A DNA stretch of 64,000 bases from Dehalococcoidia bacterium (GCA_963664625.1 OY761541.1:2187670-2251669); one strand, 5' to 3'. Counted from the stretch's first letter, positions 48,084 through 56,856 are shown. Numbers and translations are program-made. The notes: generated by a model not told the origin, from the sequence alone.

Positions 48084-49067
48084 ATGACGACGCAAATCAC
48101 CAACGCGGCCAATGAGTTGTTGGAAGATTGGCTCCGGAAATCGTGGCTGCGACGAATATTCCTGCCGGGGGATTTCTTGGAGCAGGTCGGCGAGGTCGGC
48201 TCGGAGAACTTAGTTTGCCAAAAGACTGCTACCGAGTATCTGACTATGAGCGAGCAGGTGGAGACGAAGACCGTCCGCGGCAGCGACGCCGGCAAATACT
48301 CCACCAACATAAATTACCTGCCGCAAGAATTCAAAAACGAGACCATCAAAATAATCACCAACAATATGGATGTTGGATGCGGCGAGTGTTCCGGAAGAGG
48401 GGCAGTCGCCTGCCCGACCACAATGAGGTGCGGAGAGTGCAAAGGGTCCGGTCAGCGCAGCGGCCGCCGTGAAGAATGCACACAGTGCGATGGAAATGGC
48501 GAAGTCAAGCAAGCCGGCTTTATGAATTTCTCCAAGGAGCGTTGTATGACCTGCTCCGGCTCGGGCAAGCGCATGGTCACTGGCCCTTGCGGGAGATGCG
48601 GCGGGAGAGGCCAGGAAATCTGCAATAAATGCAATGGAAGCGGGTCTGTATCCTGTGGTCAATGCGAGGGCTTGGGCAAGCTGGTGCAGGGCGACTTCAT
48701 AACCAGGAAGTTTTCATGCTTGAAAGAGTTAACGTACCAATTGAGCGGGTTGGGAGAGAATGAGTTCAAGAATGGTCTGGCCGGGGAGCACTTCAAGTCG
48801 ATGGCTGGGGATGAAATACGTCAAGAATTTCAGACTCCAAGCTATGCGGATACGGTGTTGCAGCGGGAGACCGTCCATTCTTATGACGTGCTTTCGCACC
48901 ACTACGTTTACAGGGACGAACCATTCTGCTTGAACCGCATAACTTCCGCCGTCGCCTTGAAGTACGTGGCCTCGGGCGTGCCTTTGTCCAAGGTCAAGGT
49001 TGCCGTGATAGGCGCGTTGGCGTCCGTTGTTGCAGTATCCGCCGCAGCCCTGTTGGTACTGCTCTAG
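48084..49067 (+). CDS. tail-anchored protein with seven DnaJ-type CxxCxGxG zinc knuckles
   Basis: AAGGAG RBS. Knuckles: CGECSGRG, CGECKGSG, CTQCDGNG, CMTCSGSG, CGRCGGRG, CNKCNGSG, CGQCEGLG. C-terminal TM segment VAVIGALASVVAVSAAALLVLL. Confidence 0.75.
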   Translation: MTTQITNAANELLEDWLRKSWLRRIFLPGDFLEQVGEVGSENLVCQKTATEYLTMSEQVETKTVRGSDAGKYSTNINYLPQEFKNETIKIITNNMDVGCGECSGRGAVACPTTMRCGECKGSGQRSGRREECTQCDGNGEVKQAGFMNFSKERCMTCSGSGKRMVTGPCGRCGGRGQEICNKCNGSGSVSCGQCEGLGKLVQGDFITRKFSCLKELTYQLSGLGENEFKNGLAGEHFKSMAGDEIRQEFQTPSYADTVLQRETVHSYDVLSHHYVYRDEPFCLNRITSAVALKYVASGVPLSKVKVAVIGALASVVAVSAAALLVLL

Positions 49068-49350
49068 GGGCGCGGGAATACTTGCCTTGCGGCTTGGGCT
49101 ACTGCCACAGGTCAAGAACTGTGTATGCTGGCGGGCATTCTATCGCCTGCGCCGGAACAGGCGCCATACGGGGGTGGCGAAGCCGGGAGGAGAAGGATGC
49201 ACTGGGCAAAGAGCAGATTTTTCCGGCGCCTCGCAACGGACGGTCCAGCCTACGCGGCAGACGCCCCCGCCGCCTCCTGCCGCGCCCGTCGTCGAAATTA
49301 CCGAGTTGGAGCAGCAGATTATGGAGCGGGTAAACTGAGCCCGCATCGTT

Positions 49351-49368
49351 ATCATAGCCTTATCATAG
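49351..49368 (+). promoter_or_regulatory. two ATCATAG direct repeats at 11-bp spacing (second copy of the operator module)
   Basis: ATCATAG at 49351 and 49362. The identical 20-mer gcccgcatcgttatcatagc occurs at 49339..49358 and 47677..47696. Confidence 0.5.
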
Positions 49369-49525
49369 TCCTACTCCCTTTACTATCGCCGCCAAGGTAG
49401 GGAAGAATTGCCTGAGCCTGTCGCGGCGATTGCGCTTTTGTTGCCGGTTTTCAGGCCCCGGTCTTTCCCCGGAGCGATTTTAGAATCGCGCCTTGGTCCG
49501 GTAATAGAGGTCTTTGGGGGTGTCT

Positions 49526-52132
49526 ATGCGGGTCAATTTCACGCTTGGCGAAACAACCTTTGCTCGACTCTTACGGATGATTGGCATCCTGCCCCTGCTG
49601 CTGGTCATGGCCTTGACTGCCTGCGAAGGCGGCTTATCAACGGTGCGAGATGCCAGCGAGCGCCTCACGCAGCATGAAGATAGTCGGGCCACGGCGCCGG
49701 ATGGAGAGTCCGCCACCGTTGGCGCTCCCACCGGGGACGCGGCTGCTCAGCCCGGTACATCGGAGGCGACGGTAGAACCGGCTCCCGGTTTCACCCCCGG
49801 CGTGGTGACTATCGGCGGCGCGTCGTTCCAGGTGGAGGTGGCGGACACTTCAGCGGCCCGGGAGTCCGTGCCAGAAAGCGCGGGTACATTGTACGTCTTT
49901 GACGAGGAGCAGCTTATAACCTTCTGGATGAAGGATATGAAGTTCCCGGTGGACTGGGTATGGATTGACGCTTCCTGCCAGGTGGTGGACATTACCAGGG
50001 ACGCGCCGGTCCCGGAACCGGGCCAGGCTTCTGCCGACCTGCCGACCTACCAGCCGAAGACGCCCGCGATGTACGTGCTGGAGATAAGCGCCGGGGCGTC
50101 CGCCGCTGCCGGGTTCGGGCCGGGTGATACGGCGGCCTTCACCGGCATTCTGGAAGGCAAGCATGGCTGCCTACCTGCGCTGGCTCCGGGTTCCACGCCG
50201 GGCGATGGCGGACATCCGGGCACCGTGCCAACGCCGGAGCCCGTTGTGAGCCTTCGCCTGACTGTGGGTGAGGTCATCAGCGCCGAGGGCTATCACACCT
50301 GCGGGGTGAAGAGGGACGGCTCCGTAGAATGCTGGGGCAATGATGATTATGACCAGGCCACGCCGCCGGCCGGGAAGTTCGTCTCGGTCAGCGCCGGGGC
50401 GTGGTACACCTGCGGGGTGCGGCGGGAAGACGGCGCCGTGGAATGCTGGGGCAGTAATTTCAAAGACTTGGCCTCGCCGCCGGAGGGGGAGTTCGCCTTG
50501 GTCAGCGCCAGGAATAACTACATCTGCGGAGTGAGACGGCAAGGCACCGTTGCCTGCTGGGGCGTTAATGACGATGTCCAAGCCTCGCCGCCGGAGGGGA
50601 AGTTCGCCTCGGTCAGCGCTGGGAGGGACCACACCTGCGGGGTGAAGGTGGACGGCATCGTCAAGTGCTGGGGATCTGATGCAGATGGCCGGGCCATGCC
50701 GCCGGAGGGGAAGTTCGCCTCGGTCAGCGCTGGGTGGGACCACACCTGCGGGGTGAAGGTGGACGGCGCCGTTGCCTGCTGGGGCGTTAATTACGATGGC
50801 CAAACCGCGCCGCCGGCCGGGGTGGTGTTCGCCACTGTTGAAACCGTTCTTCAGCAGATGCCGGACTGGAGGGCTCTTGGCGACTTCTATAAGGTCACGG
50901 GCGGCAGTGAATGGAAATGGGATAAGCTACGGGAGCAGAATAGAGGATGTTCCCGGTGGGAGGTGGACAATGATAACTCGAACGTTGGCAAGTGGTGCGG
51001 CGTGACCGTTGCGAATGGCCGAGTCACCAGGCTGGAGCTTGCGGGCGTTGGCCTGAACAATGGCATTCGCAAGCTCGGCGTCCTCACAGGGCATCACAAG
51101 CTGGCGATGTTGGGCGACTTGACCGGCCTTACTTACTTGGACCTCTCCGGCAATGACCTGAGCAGCGCCTTGCCGCCGGAACTGGACCAACTCACCGGCC
51201 TCACCCATCTGGACCTGTCGGGCAATGCGTTCCGGGGGGATATAAGCAAGCAGAACCCGGACCATCCCCGCGGCATCAAGTGGCAAAACCTGGTGAACCT
51301 GGTCGAACTGGACTTGTCGGATAACAGGCGCAGCGGCCAGCATGGGTTGAGCGGTCGGATTCCCGCAGAGTTGGGCTCCCTTCCCAATCTAACCGTGCTG
51401 GATCTTTCGGGGAACAATCTGGAGGGCGCGGTGCCGCGGAAGCTGGCCGATCTGGAACTGGACCAGAGCCAATCCAGTCTGGAGGGAAATGCCAAGCTCA
51501 CCATCTGCAATCCGGTGGCGTTTGCATCATTGGGGATTGATTATACGATGAATTGCACGGACAAGGACCGGCTTGAGGAGTTCTACTACACAGCGGGGGG
51601 CAAGCACTGGACGATGAAGGATCGCTGGCTTGAATGGCCCGACAACGAGCCACGGCCAATCCCAATCAGTCAGTGGCACGGCGTCATCACCGCCCCGGAA
51701 GATCCGAACAAGGTTATCGGGCTGTTCTTGCCGAACAACGAACTGGCCGGCGACTTTGATGAGGTGCTGGGGGTGTTGAGCGGGTTTGAAGGCATGAAGT
51801 ACATGGACATCAGCACGAATCCGTTGGTCAACGACGACTTGGTGGATTTCAAGAATAAAATTCTGGGTACCACATGGGGGACACGCTTTAATGCTGGACA
51901 GGGAACATATCTCCTTATCACGGGGGAACCGACAGTCGAAGCCGTGGCGGCATTGACCAGAGATCTGGCCGAACTGTCGCTTCAAATCCCCGAAATCAGC
52001 GGCAATCGGCATCTAAAGAGGCTGTTGTCATTATTATCAGACAGTATTGGCGATGCAACGACTGTGCTTGACTTCGCCGTTGAAGTGGCGCAATACGCGA
52101 GTTGTTCAGCGTGCTGCATTCGGCGGACTTAA
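49526..52132 (+). CDS. lipoprotein with DUF192, RCC1-like repeat and leucine-rich repeat domains
   Basis: Lipobox LLLVMALTAC. DUF192 (GTLYVFDEEQLITFWMKDMKFPVDWVWID..YVLEISAG). Five ~37-aa repeats (H.TCGV..DG.V.CWG......PP.GKF.SVSAG). Plant-type LRRs (LTGLTHLDLSGNAFRGDI, LPNLTVLDLSGNNLEGAVP). Confidence 0.8.
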   Translation: MRVNFTLGETTFARLLRMIGILPLLLVMALTACEGGLSTVRDASERLTQHEDSRATAPDGESATVGAPTGDAAAQPGTSEATVEPAPGFTPGVVTIGGASFQVEVADTSAARESVPESAGTLYVFDEEQLITFWMKDMKFPVDWVWIDASCQVVDITRDAPVPEPGQASADLPTYQPKTPAMYVLEISAGASAAAGFGPGDTAAFTGILEGKHGCLPALAPGSTPGDGGHPGTVPTPEPVVSLRLTVGEVISAEGYHTCGVKRDGSVECWGNDDYDQATPPAGKFVSVSAGAWYTCGVRREDGAVECWGSNFKDLASPPEGEFALVSARNNYICGVRRQGTVACWGVNDDVQASPPEGKFASVSAGRDHTCGVKVDGIVKCWGSDADGRAMPPEGKFASVSAGWDHTCGVKVDGAVACWGVNYDGQTAPPAGVVFATVETVLQQMPDWRALGDFYKVTGGSEWKWDKLREQNRGCSRWEVDNDNSNVGKWCGVTVANGRVTRLELAGVGLNNGIRKLGVLTGHHKLAMLGDLTGLTYLDLSGNDLSSALPPELDQLTGLTHLDLSGNAFRGDISKQNPDHPRGIKWQNLVNLVELDLSDNRRSGQHGLSGRIPAELGSLPNLTVLDLSGNNLEGAVPRKLADLELDQSQSSLEGNAKLTICNPVAFASLGIDYTMNCTDKDRLEEFYYTAGGKHWTMKDRWLEWPDNEPRPIPISQWHGVITAPEDPNKVIGLFLPNNELAGDFDEVLGVLSGFEGMKYMDISTNPLVNDDLVDFKNKILGTTWGTRFNAGQGTYLLITGEPTVEAVAALTRDLAELSLQIPEISGNRHLKRLLSLLSDSIGDATTVLDFAVEVAQYASCSACCIRRT

Positions 52133-52332
52133 AGGACGTGAGAGGCACGTATGATGCCGTCTATAAGTTCCTCGGTGTACCCGAAGGGACTAGGTATTAT
52201 CCGTTGCAGGATGCCATGTTACGGGCGTGCGAGAATGGATATATTGGAAAGGGGCACAATTTTACCAGTGAGCAAATAGCCTGGAGGTGCGAGCAGGGGC
52301 TGGAGTGGGGGACTCCGTATCCGGATAATTAG
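52102..52332 (+). CDS. overlapping small ORF or frameshifted C-terminal continuation of the RCC1-LRR protein
   Basis: 76 codons in the other frame, overlapping the last 31 nt of 49526..52132. The only start is TTG. The protein-like sequence LFSVLHSADLKDVRGTYDAVYKFLGVPEG.. contrasts with the odd main-frame tail SCSACCIRRT. Confidence 0.35.
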   Translation: MFSVLHSADLKDVRGTYDAVYKFLGVPEGTRYYPLQDAMLRACENGYIGKGHNFTSEQIAWRCEQGLEWGTPYPDN

Positions 52333-52435
52333 CTGGGAATGCCCGCGGCCGGGCCGCGTTCTCCGGCTGTTTCTGCCGTGCTATGATTGGCTGTGCGATG
52401 TGGTAATCCCCCGGCCGGGGCAGGCCTGTTTACGC

Positions 52436-52459
52436 GTCATTCCCGTTTCCACGGGAATC
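52436..52459 (+). repeat. REP-like repeat, variant-loop copy 9
   Basis: gtcattcccgtttccacgggaatc. Confidence 0.8.
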
Positions 52460-52503
52460 CATAGGTCGTTCGGCAAGGTAAATTTGCTATTGCGAGGCGG
52501 TGT

Positions 52504-52528
52504 GGATTCCCGCCTTCGCGGGAATGAC
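52504..52528 (-). repeat. REP-like repeat, copy 10
   Basis: ggattcccgccttcgcgggaatgac. Confidence 0.9.
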
Positions 52529-52664
52529 GCCTGCCCTCGTGGAGACGGGGGGTGGACCGGCAAACTAGCGCACACGACTTTGCACAGGTCTTATGACAGA
52601 AGACCCCGCCAGCGCGGGGCCTTCCGTTGTTATAATTGGTCAACCCTGATTGGGAGGTCAACGG

Positions 52665-54059
52665 TTGACTCGCCAAAGAGACCGTGCCCGCTCCGTATTT
52701 TTCTGTCCAACCTGCGGCTTCGAGAGCCCCAAGTGGATGGGGTTCTGTCCCTCTCCGTCCTGTGGTTCGGGCCAACCCTTGGTCGAGGGCAACGCCCGCG
52801 CCAAGGGGGCGACTCATTCCCCCTGGGTGGCTGCTTCGTCGGCGGACTTTCAGGAATTGTCTGAACTGGACTCCGGCGAAGGGCAGCGAATAGAGTTGCC
52901 TTGCCGGGAGCTTAACCGCGCCCTCGGCGGCGGCATTGTCCCCGGTTCGGTGGTGTTGCTGGCGGGCGAGCCGGGAGTGGGCAAGTCCACGCTGCTTCTC
53001 CAAGTCGCCCGGTACATGTCCGAAGCCGGGCAAACGTCGGTCTACGTCGCCGGAGAAGAGTCTCCCCAGCAGATCAAGCTGCGGTCGGAAAGGCTGGGGT
53101 TTTCCGGGCGGGGCGTGTTGTTGTTGTCGGAAACCGACGTGGATACGGTCATCAACAGGCTGGACGAATGCCGGCCGTCCTTGGCGATATTCGACTCCAT
53201 CCAGACCATGTACTGCCCCGACGTCGCCTCGGCGCCGGGCACGGTGGGGCAGGTGCGGGAGGCGGGCTTGCGGCTGATGCGCTGGTCCAAGGCCCGGCAG
53301 GTGCCGGTGGTCTTGGCGGGGCATGTGACCAAGGACGGCTCGGTGGCGGGCCCCAGGACATTGGAGCACATGGTGGACGTGGTCATATCACTGGAATCGC
53401 AGGAATTCGGGTCCCTGCGCCTGCTGCGATGCAGCAAGAACCGCTTCGGTTCCACCTACGAGGTGGGCGTGTTCGAGATGTCCGGGCGCGGGTTGATAGA
53501 AGTGGAGGACCCGTCGAAGGCGATACTGGAGCAGAGGTACGCTCAAGCCGTAGGCGCGGCCTTGACGCCGGTGCTGGAAGGCACCCGCCCGATGGTGCTG
53601 GAAGTCCAAGCATTGACCTCTCCGTCCCACCTTCCCGCTCCGCGTAGAGTCGCCAACGGCTTGGACTTCAACCGCCTGCTGATGCTGATTGCGGTGGCGG
53701 GACGGCGCGGCGGGTTGGACCTGTCGGGACAGGACATTATCGTCAACGTTGCCGGAGGACTGAAGGTCAGCGAACCGGCGGCGGACTTGGCTGTCGTTCT
53801 TGCCATAGGGTCCAGCCTGCACAATCGACCGCTGGACCCGGGGCTGGTGGCCTTTGGGGAACTGGGCCTCGGCGGGGAGGTCCGGTCGGTGCCGCAAGCC
53901 CAGCGGCGTTTACAGGAGGCGCAACGGCTGGGCCTTGGAAAGGCCGTTCTCCCGGCGTCGACGCCGGCGGAGGAAACGAACGGAGTGGGTTTGGACTTAT
54001 CGTTGGCGCGGACCGTGCGCCAAGCGCTTCAAGCGGGACTGGGAGGCCCCCGGCCTTAG
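52665..54059 (+). CDS. radA: DNA repair protein RadA/Sms
   Basis: Zn finger FFCPTCGFESPKWMGFCPSPSCG, Walker A LLAGEPGVGKSTLLLQ, KNRFGST, Lon-like C-terminus. Likely TTG start at 52665 after GGGAGG. Confidence 0.9.
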   Translation: MTRQRDRARSVFFCPTCGFESPKWMGFCPSPSCGSGQPLVEGNARAKGATHSPWVAASSADFQELSELDSGEGQRIELPCRELNRALGGGIVPGSVVLLAGEPGVGKSTLLLQVARYMSEAGQTSVYVAGEESPQQIKLRSERLGFSGRGVLLLSETDVDTVINRLDECRPSLAIFDSIQTMYCPDVASAPGTVGQVREAGLRLMRWSKARQVPVVLAGHVTKDGSVAGPRTLEHMVDVVISLESQEFGSLRLLRCSKNRFGSTYEVGVFEMSGRGLIEVEDPSKAILEQRYAQAVGAALTPVLEGTRPMVLEVQALTSPSHLPAPRRVANGLDFNRLLMLIAVAGRRGGLDLSGQDIIVNVAGGLKVSEPAADLAVVLAIGSSLHNRPLDPGLVAFGELGLGGEVRSVPQAQRRLQEAQRLGLGKAVLPASTPAEETNGVGLDLSLARTVRQALQAGLGGPRP

Positions 54060-54093
54060 AAACTATCTCGAAACTTGGGGCACTACCCAACTC

Positions 54094-54117
54094 GTCATTC
54101 CCGCGAAGGCGGGAATC
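54094..54117 (+). repeat. REP-like repeat, copy 11
   Basis: gtcattcccgcgaaggcgggaatc, between convergent radA and moaE. Confidence 0.9.
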
Positions 54118-54179
54118 TATAGGCTTTGGTCAGCGATAAGAGGGAGCATAGCAGGGGCTGTTGGTTTTGAGATAGTCTC

Positions 54180-54641
54180 TTAACCCCCGCCGGTTGCTGT
54201 GGTTGACGCGGCGTGGTCCGGCTCGAATTCGTGGTCCTCGCACGCCACCCAGCGGGACCCGTCCTCGTACACCTCTTTTTTCCAGATGGGGACGGTTTCC
54301 TTCAGCCGGTCCACTGCCTGATGGCACGCCAGGAAGGCCTCTTTGCGGTGGGGCGACGCTACGGCCACCACCAAGCTGATTTCGCCGATGTCCACCCGGC
54401 CAATGCGGTGGGAGATGGCGATGTCTTCAATCCCGAACTCGGCCATCAGCCCTTGCCGGACCTCCTCCAGCTTCTTCAACGCCATCTCTTCGAAGGCTTC
54501 GTATTCCAGCGTGACCACCCGTTTGCCCTCGAAGTTGTCGCGGGTGGCGCCAAGGAAAGTCACCACCGCGCCATTGGTGTCTTTCTGCACCAGGGCGGTC
54601 ACCTTGGCCGGGTCCAGTGGTTGATGGGTGATTTCGATCAT
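54180..54641 (-). CDS. moaE: molybdopterin synthase catalytic subunit MoaE
   Basis: GAVVTFLGATRDNFEGKRVVTLEYEAFEEMA..ISHRIGRVDIGEISLVVAVASPHRKEAF..LKETVPIWKKE. Confidence 0.9.
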   Translation of the reverse strand: MIEITHQPLDPAKVTALVQKDTNGAVVTFLGATRDNFEGKRVVTLEYEAFEEMALKKLEEVRQGLMAEFGIEDIAISHRIGRVDIGEISLVVAVASPHRKEAFLACHQAVDRLKETVPIWKKEVYEDGSRWVACEDHEFEPDHAASTTATGGG

Positions 54642-54644
54642 GGG

Positions 54645-54890
54645 TTATCCTCCGCTGACCGGTGGAATCAAACAAACGTCGTCGCCGGGGCGCAGGACAA
54701 CTTCGGCCTCGGCATAGTCGGTGTTCACCGCCACCACTATCTTGACTTGGGGCGGCGCAAGCATCGGGAATTGCCGCCTGACCTCCGCGGTCAGGTCCGC
54801 AACAGTCGCGCCTTCAGGCAGCTCCAGCGCGACGGCGCTGCGCCCGGCCCTCTCCCGGTAAAGAGCAAAAAATCTAACGGTTATGTCCAC
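54645..54890 (-). CDS. moaD: MoaD/ThiS-family sulfur carrier
   Basis: 81 aa ending ..GDDVCLIPPVSGG. Lies immediately upstream of moaE. Confidence 0.85.
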   Translation of the reverse strand: MDITVRFFALYRERAGRSAVALELPEGATVADLTAEVRRQFPMLAPPQVKIVVAVNTDYAEAEVVLRPGDDVCLIPPVSGG

Positions 54891-55099
54891 AGTAGTCCCC
54901 GGACCAGCATTACTGGCAAGCTGGCGGCGCTCCCGCCACCGGGCGCCGGTGAATATAGACCAAGCACCGGAACATGATGGGCTTGAGCCAGTTTGCTCGC
55001 GACCATATTATCATACAGCGAGTGAATCTATCATGGACCGCGCCCCACCTCGAACAAGCCCGCCCTGCTATGCCTCACAGGTGTTAAAATGCTCCAATA

Positions 55100-56341
55100 A
55101 TGATCGGTCCCGCGGAACAACATAACTCCTCTTCGCCTCAGCCCCTCGCGGGCTACCGGGTGTTGGACCTGTCCGGGCCCATGGGCGTCTACTGCGGCAA
55201 GCTGTTGGCCGACATGGGCGCCGACGTCATCAAGGTCGAGCCGCCCGGCGGCGACCCCATGCGCGACATCGGCCCCTTCATCGACGGCCAACCCGGTCCA
55301 AGCCGCAGCTTGTACTGGCTCCACTTCAACACCAACAAGCGCAGCGTGACCCTTGACCTTGGCGCGCCGGAGGGCGCTGCCTTGCTGCGCAAGCTTGCCT
55401 TGGCCTCTGATGTGCTGCTGGAGACCTACCCGCCCGGTTATATGGACTCTTTGGGGTTGGGATACGAGGGTTTGGCGAAGGACTCGCCCGGACTGGTCTA
55501 CGTCTCCATCACGCCATTCGGGCAGACCGGCCCCTACCGCGACTTCAAGGCGTCGGACCTGGTGGGCTTCGCAATGGGCGGCTATATGTATGTGACCGGC
55601 TGGCCCCACACGCCGCCCACGCGGCTGTGGGGATCGCAGGCCTACCATACCGCCTCCAACCGCGCCTACATCGCCATCCTTCTGGCCCTTTACCACCGCA
55701 TGTTGACCGGCGAAGGTCAGTACATCGACGTTTCAATGCAGGAAGCGGTTGCCGCCACCACCGAGCACGTCAACACCACCTACAACTACACTGGCGAGCC
55801 GGCGGTGCGCTGCGGCTTCCGTCACGGGGGCCAGTTCATCGCAACCTGGAAATGCAAGGACGGCTATGCCAGTATAACCACCAACACCCAGCAGGCTTGG
55901 GACGACCTGCGGGCCTGGATGGACAGGGATGGCATGGCCGGCGACCTGATGGACGAGAAATACAACGACCGTTTCATTCTGCGGGGCGAGTTGTCGGACT
56001 ACATCGAGGACCTTATCCAGCAGTGGGCCTTGCTCCACACCAGGGAGGAGATAACCGAGTTCGGCCAGTCCAACCACCACCCCTGGGGTCCAGCCGCCAC
56101 TCCCGGCGAAATACTGGAAAACGAGCAGCTATGGGACAGAGGCTACCTTACGACAGTCCAATCCACCGACGATGGCCCGCCGTTGGTATACCCCGGAGCG
56201 CCTTACCGTCTGACCGAGTCCCCGTGGCGGCTGCACCACACCGCTCCCGACCCCGGCCAACACAACGCCGAAGTCCTATCCGGCATTCTGGGCCTTTCGC
56301 CTCAGGAAGTGGACCGCCTTTCCAGTTCAGAGGTAATTTAA
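55100..56341 (+). CDS. CaiB/BaiF family III CoA-transferase
   Basis: LAGYRVLDLSGPMGVYCGKLLADMGADVIKVEPPGGDPMR. Confidence 0.9.
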   Translation: MIGPAEQHNSSSPQPLAGYRVLDLSGPMGVYCGKLLADMGADVIKVEPPGGDPMRDIGPFIDGQPGPSRSLYWLHFNTNKRSVTLDLGAPEGAALLRKLALASDVLLETYPPGYMDSLGLGYEGLAKDSPGLVYVSITPFGQTGPYRDFKASDLVGFAMGGYMYVTGWPHTPPTRLWGSQAYHTASNRAYIAILLALYHRMLTGEGQYIDVSMQEAVAATTEHVNTTYNYTGEPAVRCGFRHGGQFIATWKCKDGYASITTNTQQAWDDLRAWMDRDGMAGDLMDEKYNDRFILRGELSDYIEDLIQQWALLHTREEITEFGQSNHHPWGPAATPGEILENEQLWDRGYLTTVQSTDDGPPLVYPGAPYRLTESPWRLHHTAPDPGQHNAEVLSGILGLSPQEVDRLSSSEVI

Positions 56342-56499
56342 GAGATTTATGAGGTTGAAAATCCACTCTTATGACTATCAAACTGGCAACGATGTTTCGG
56401 CCAATTTTGACCGTTTTTCGAGCGACTGGAGAAGTCATAAGAATAAGTGCCGGTCATCAACCGGTGCTGTTTGGTGTTGGTATGGTTAGTACTGGGGAG

Positions 56500-56793
56500 C
56501 TATTCATAGCTGTGAGAATCGATCTCAGGGTCGTCCGGGTTAGGCTCAGGCTCATCGGGGCCGGTGTCAGGCTCTCCAGTATAGTCTAATGACGGCAGAT
56601 CATAGTAAGGCTCAAAGTCATTATCGATCTCAGTATCCCTACCATCCATCCTTGCCATCCTTGCTAATTCTTCGGGAGTGAGATTGGCTTCCAATTCTTC
56701 GAGCGCGTGAGCAGTTTCATCTTCTTCCGGTTTCTGTTGGACTTCCGTTTCTATCATGTCTTTAATAATGTCGGTGAAGTCGGGCTGTGACAT
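56500..56793 (-). CDS. hypothetical highly acidic protein
   Basis: 97 aa, D/E/P-rich (..DYTGEPDTGPDEPEPNPDDPEIDSHSYE). Lies in a lower-GC islet. No family recognised. Confidence 0.4.
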   Translation of the reverse strand: MSQPDFTDIIKDMIETEVQQKPEEDETAHALEELEANLTPEELARMARMDGRDTEIDNDFEPYYDLPSLDYTGEPDTGPDEPEPNPDDPEIDSHSYE

Positions 56794-56856
56794 ATCGTGG
56801 CCTCCGTACTTGTGATGCCATGCAAGTCGAGAATAGAAGCGGCTGAGGCACTTGCT

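Noticed and set aside
49068-49513. Small ORFs in the spacer before the RCC1-LRR gene (49027..49338, 49082..49333, 49125..49400, and a possible 54-aa GTG-initiated ORF ending ..PVVEITELEQQIMERVN)
   Set aside because: Three overlapping frames are all open, which is a GC-rich artefact. The peptides are Arg/Pro-rich, and there is no clear start/RBS combination except for one ATG whose product looks non-protein-like. Left uncalled.
47689-50810. CRISPR array, considered for the ATCATAG repeats and the 111-nt periodic repeats
   Set aside because: The ATCATAG units are 7 bp with 4-bp spacers, far too short. The 111-nt repeats are in-frame coding repeats of RCC1-like blades. There are no cas genes.
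56371-56589. 72-aa plus-strand ORF in the HicB islet
   Set aside because: It overlaps the acidic-protein gene on the opposite strand, has no RBS, and has a hydrophobic, repetitive composition. I also checked it as a possible HicA and found no resemblance.
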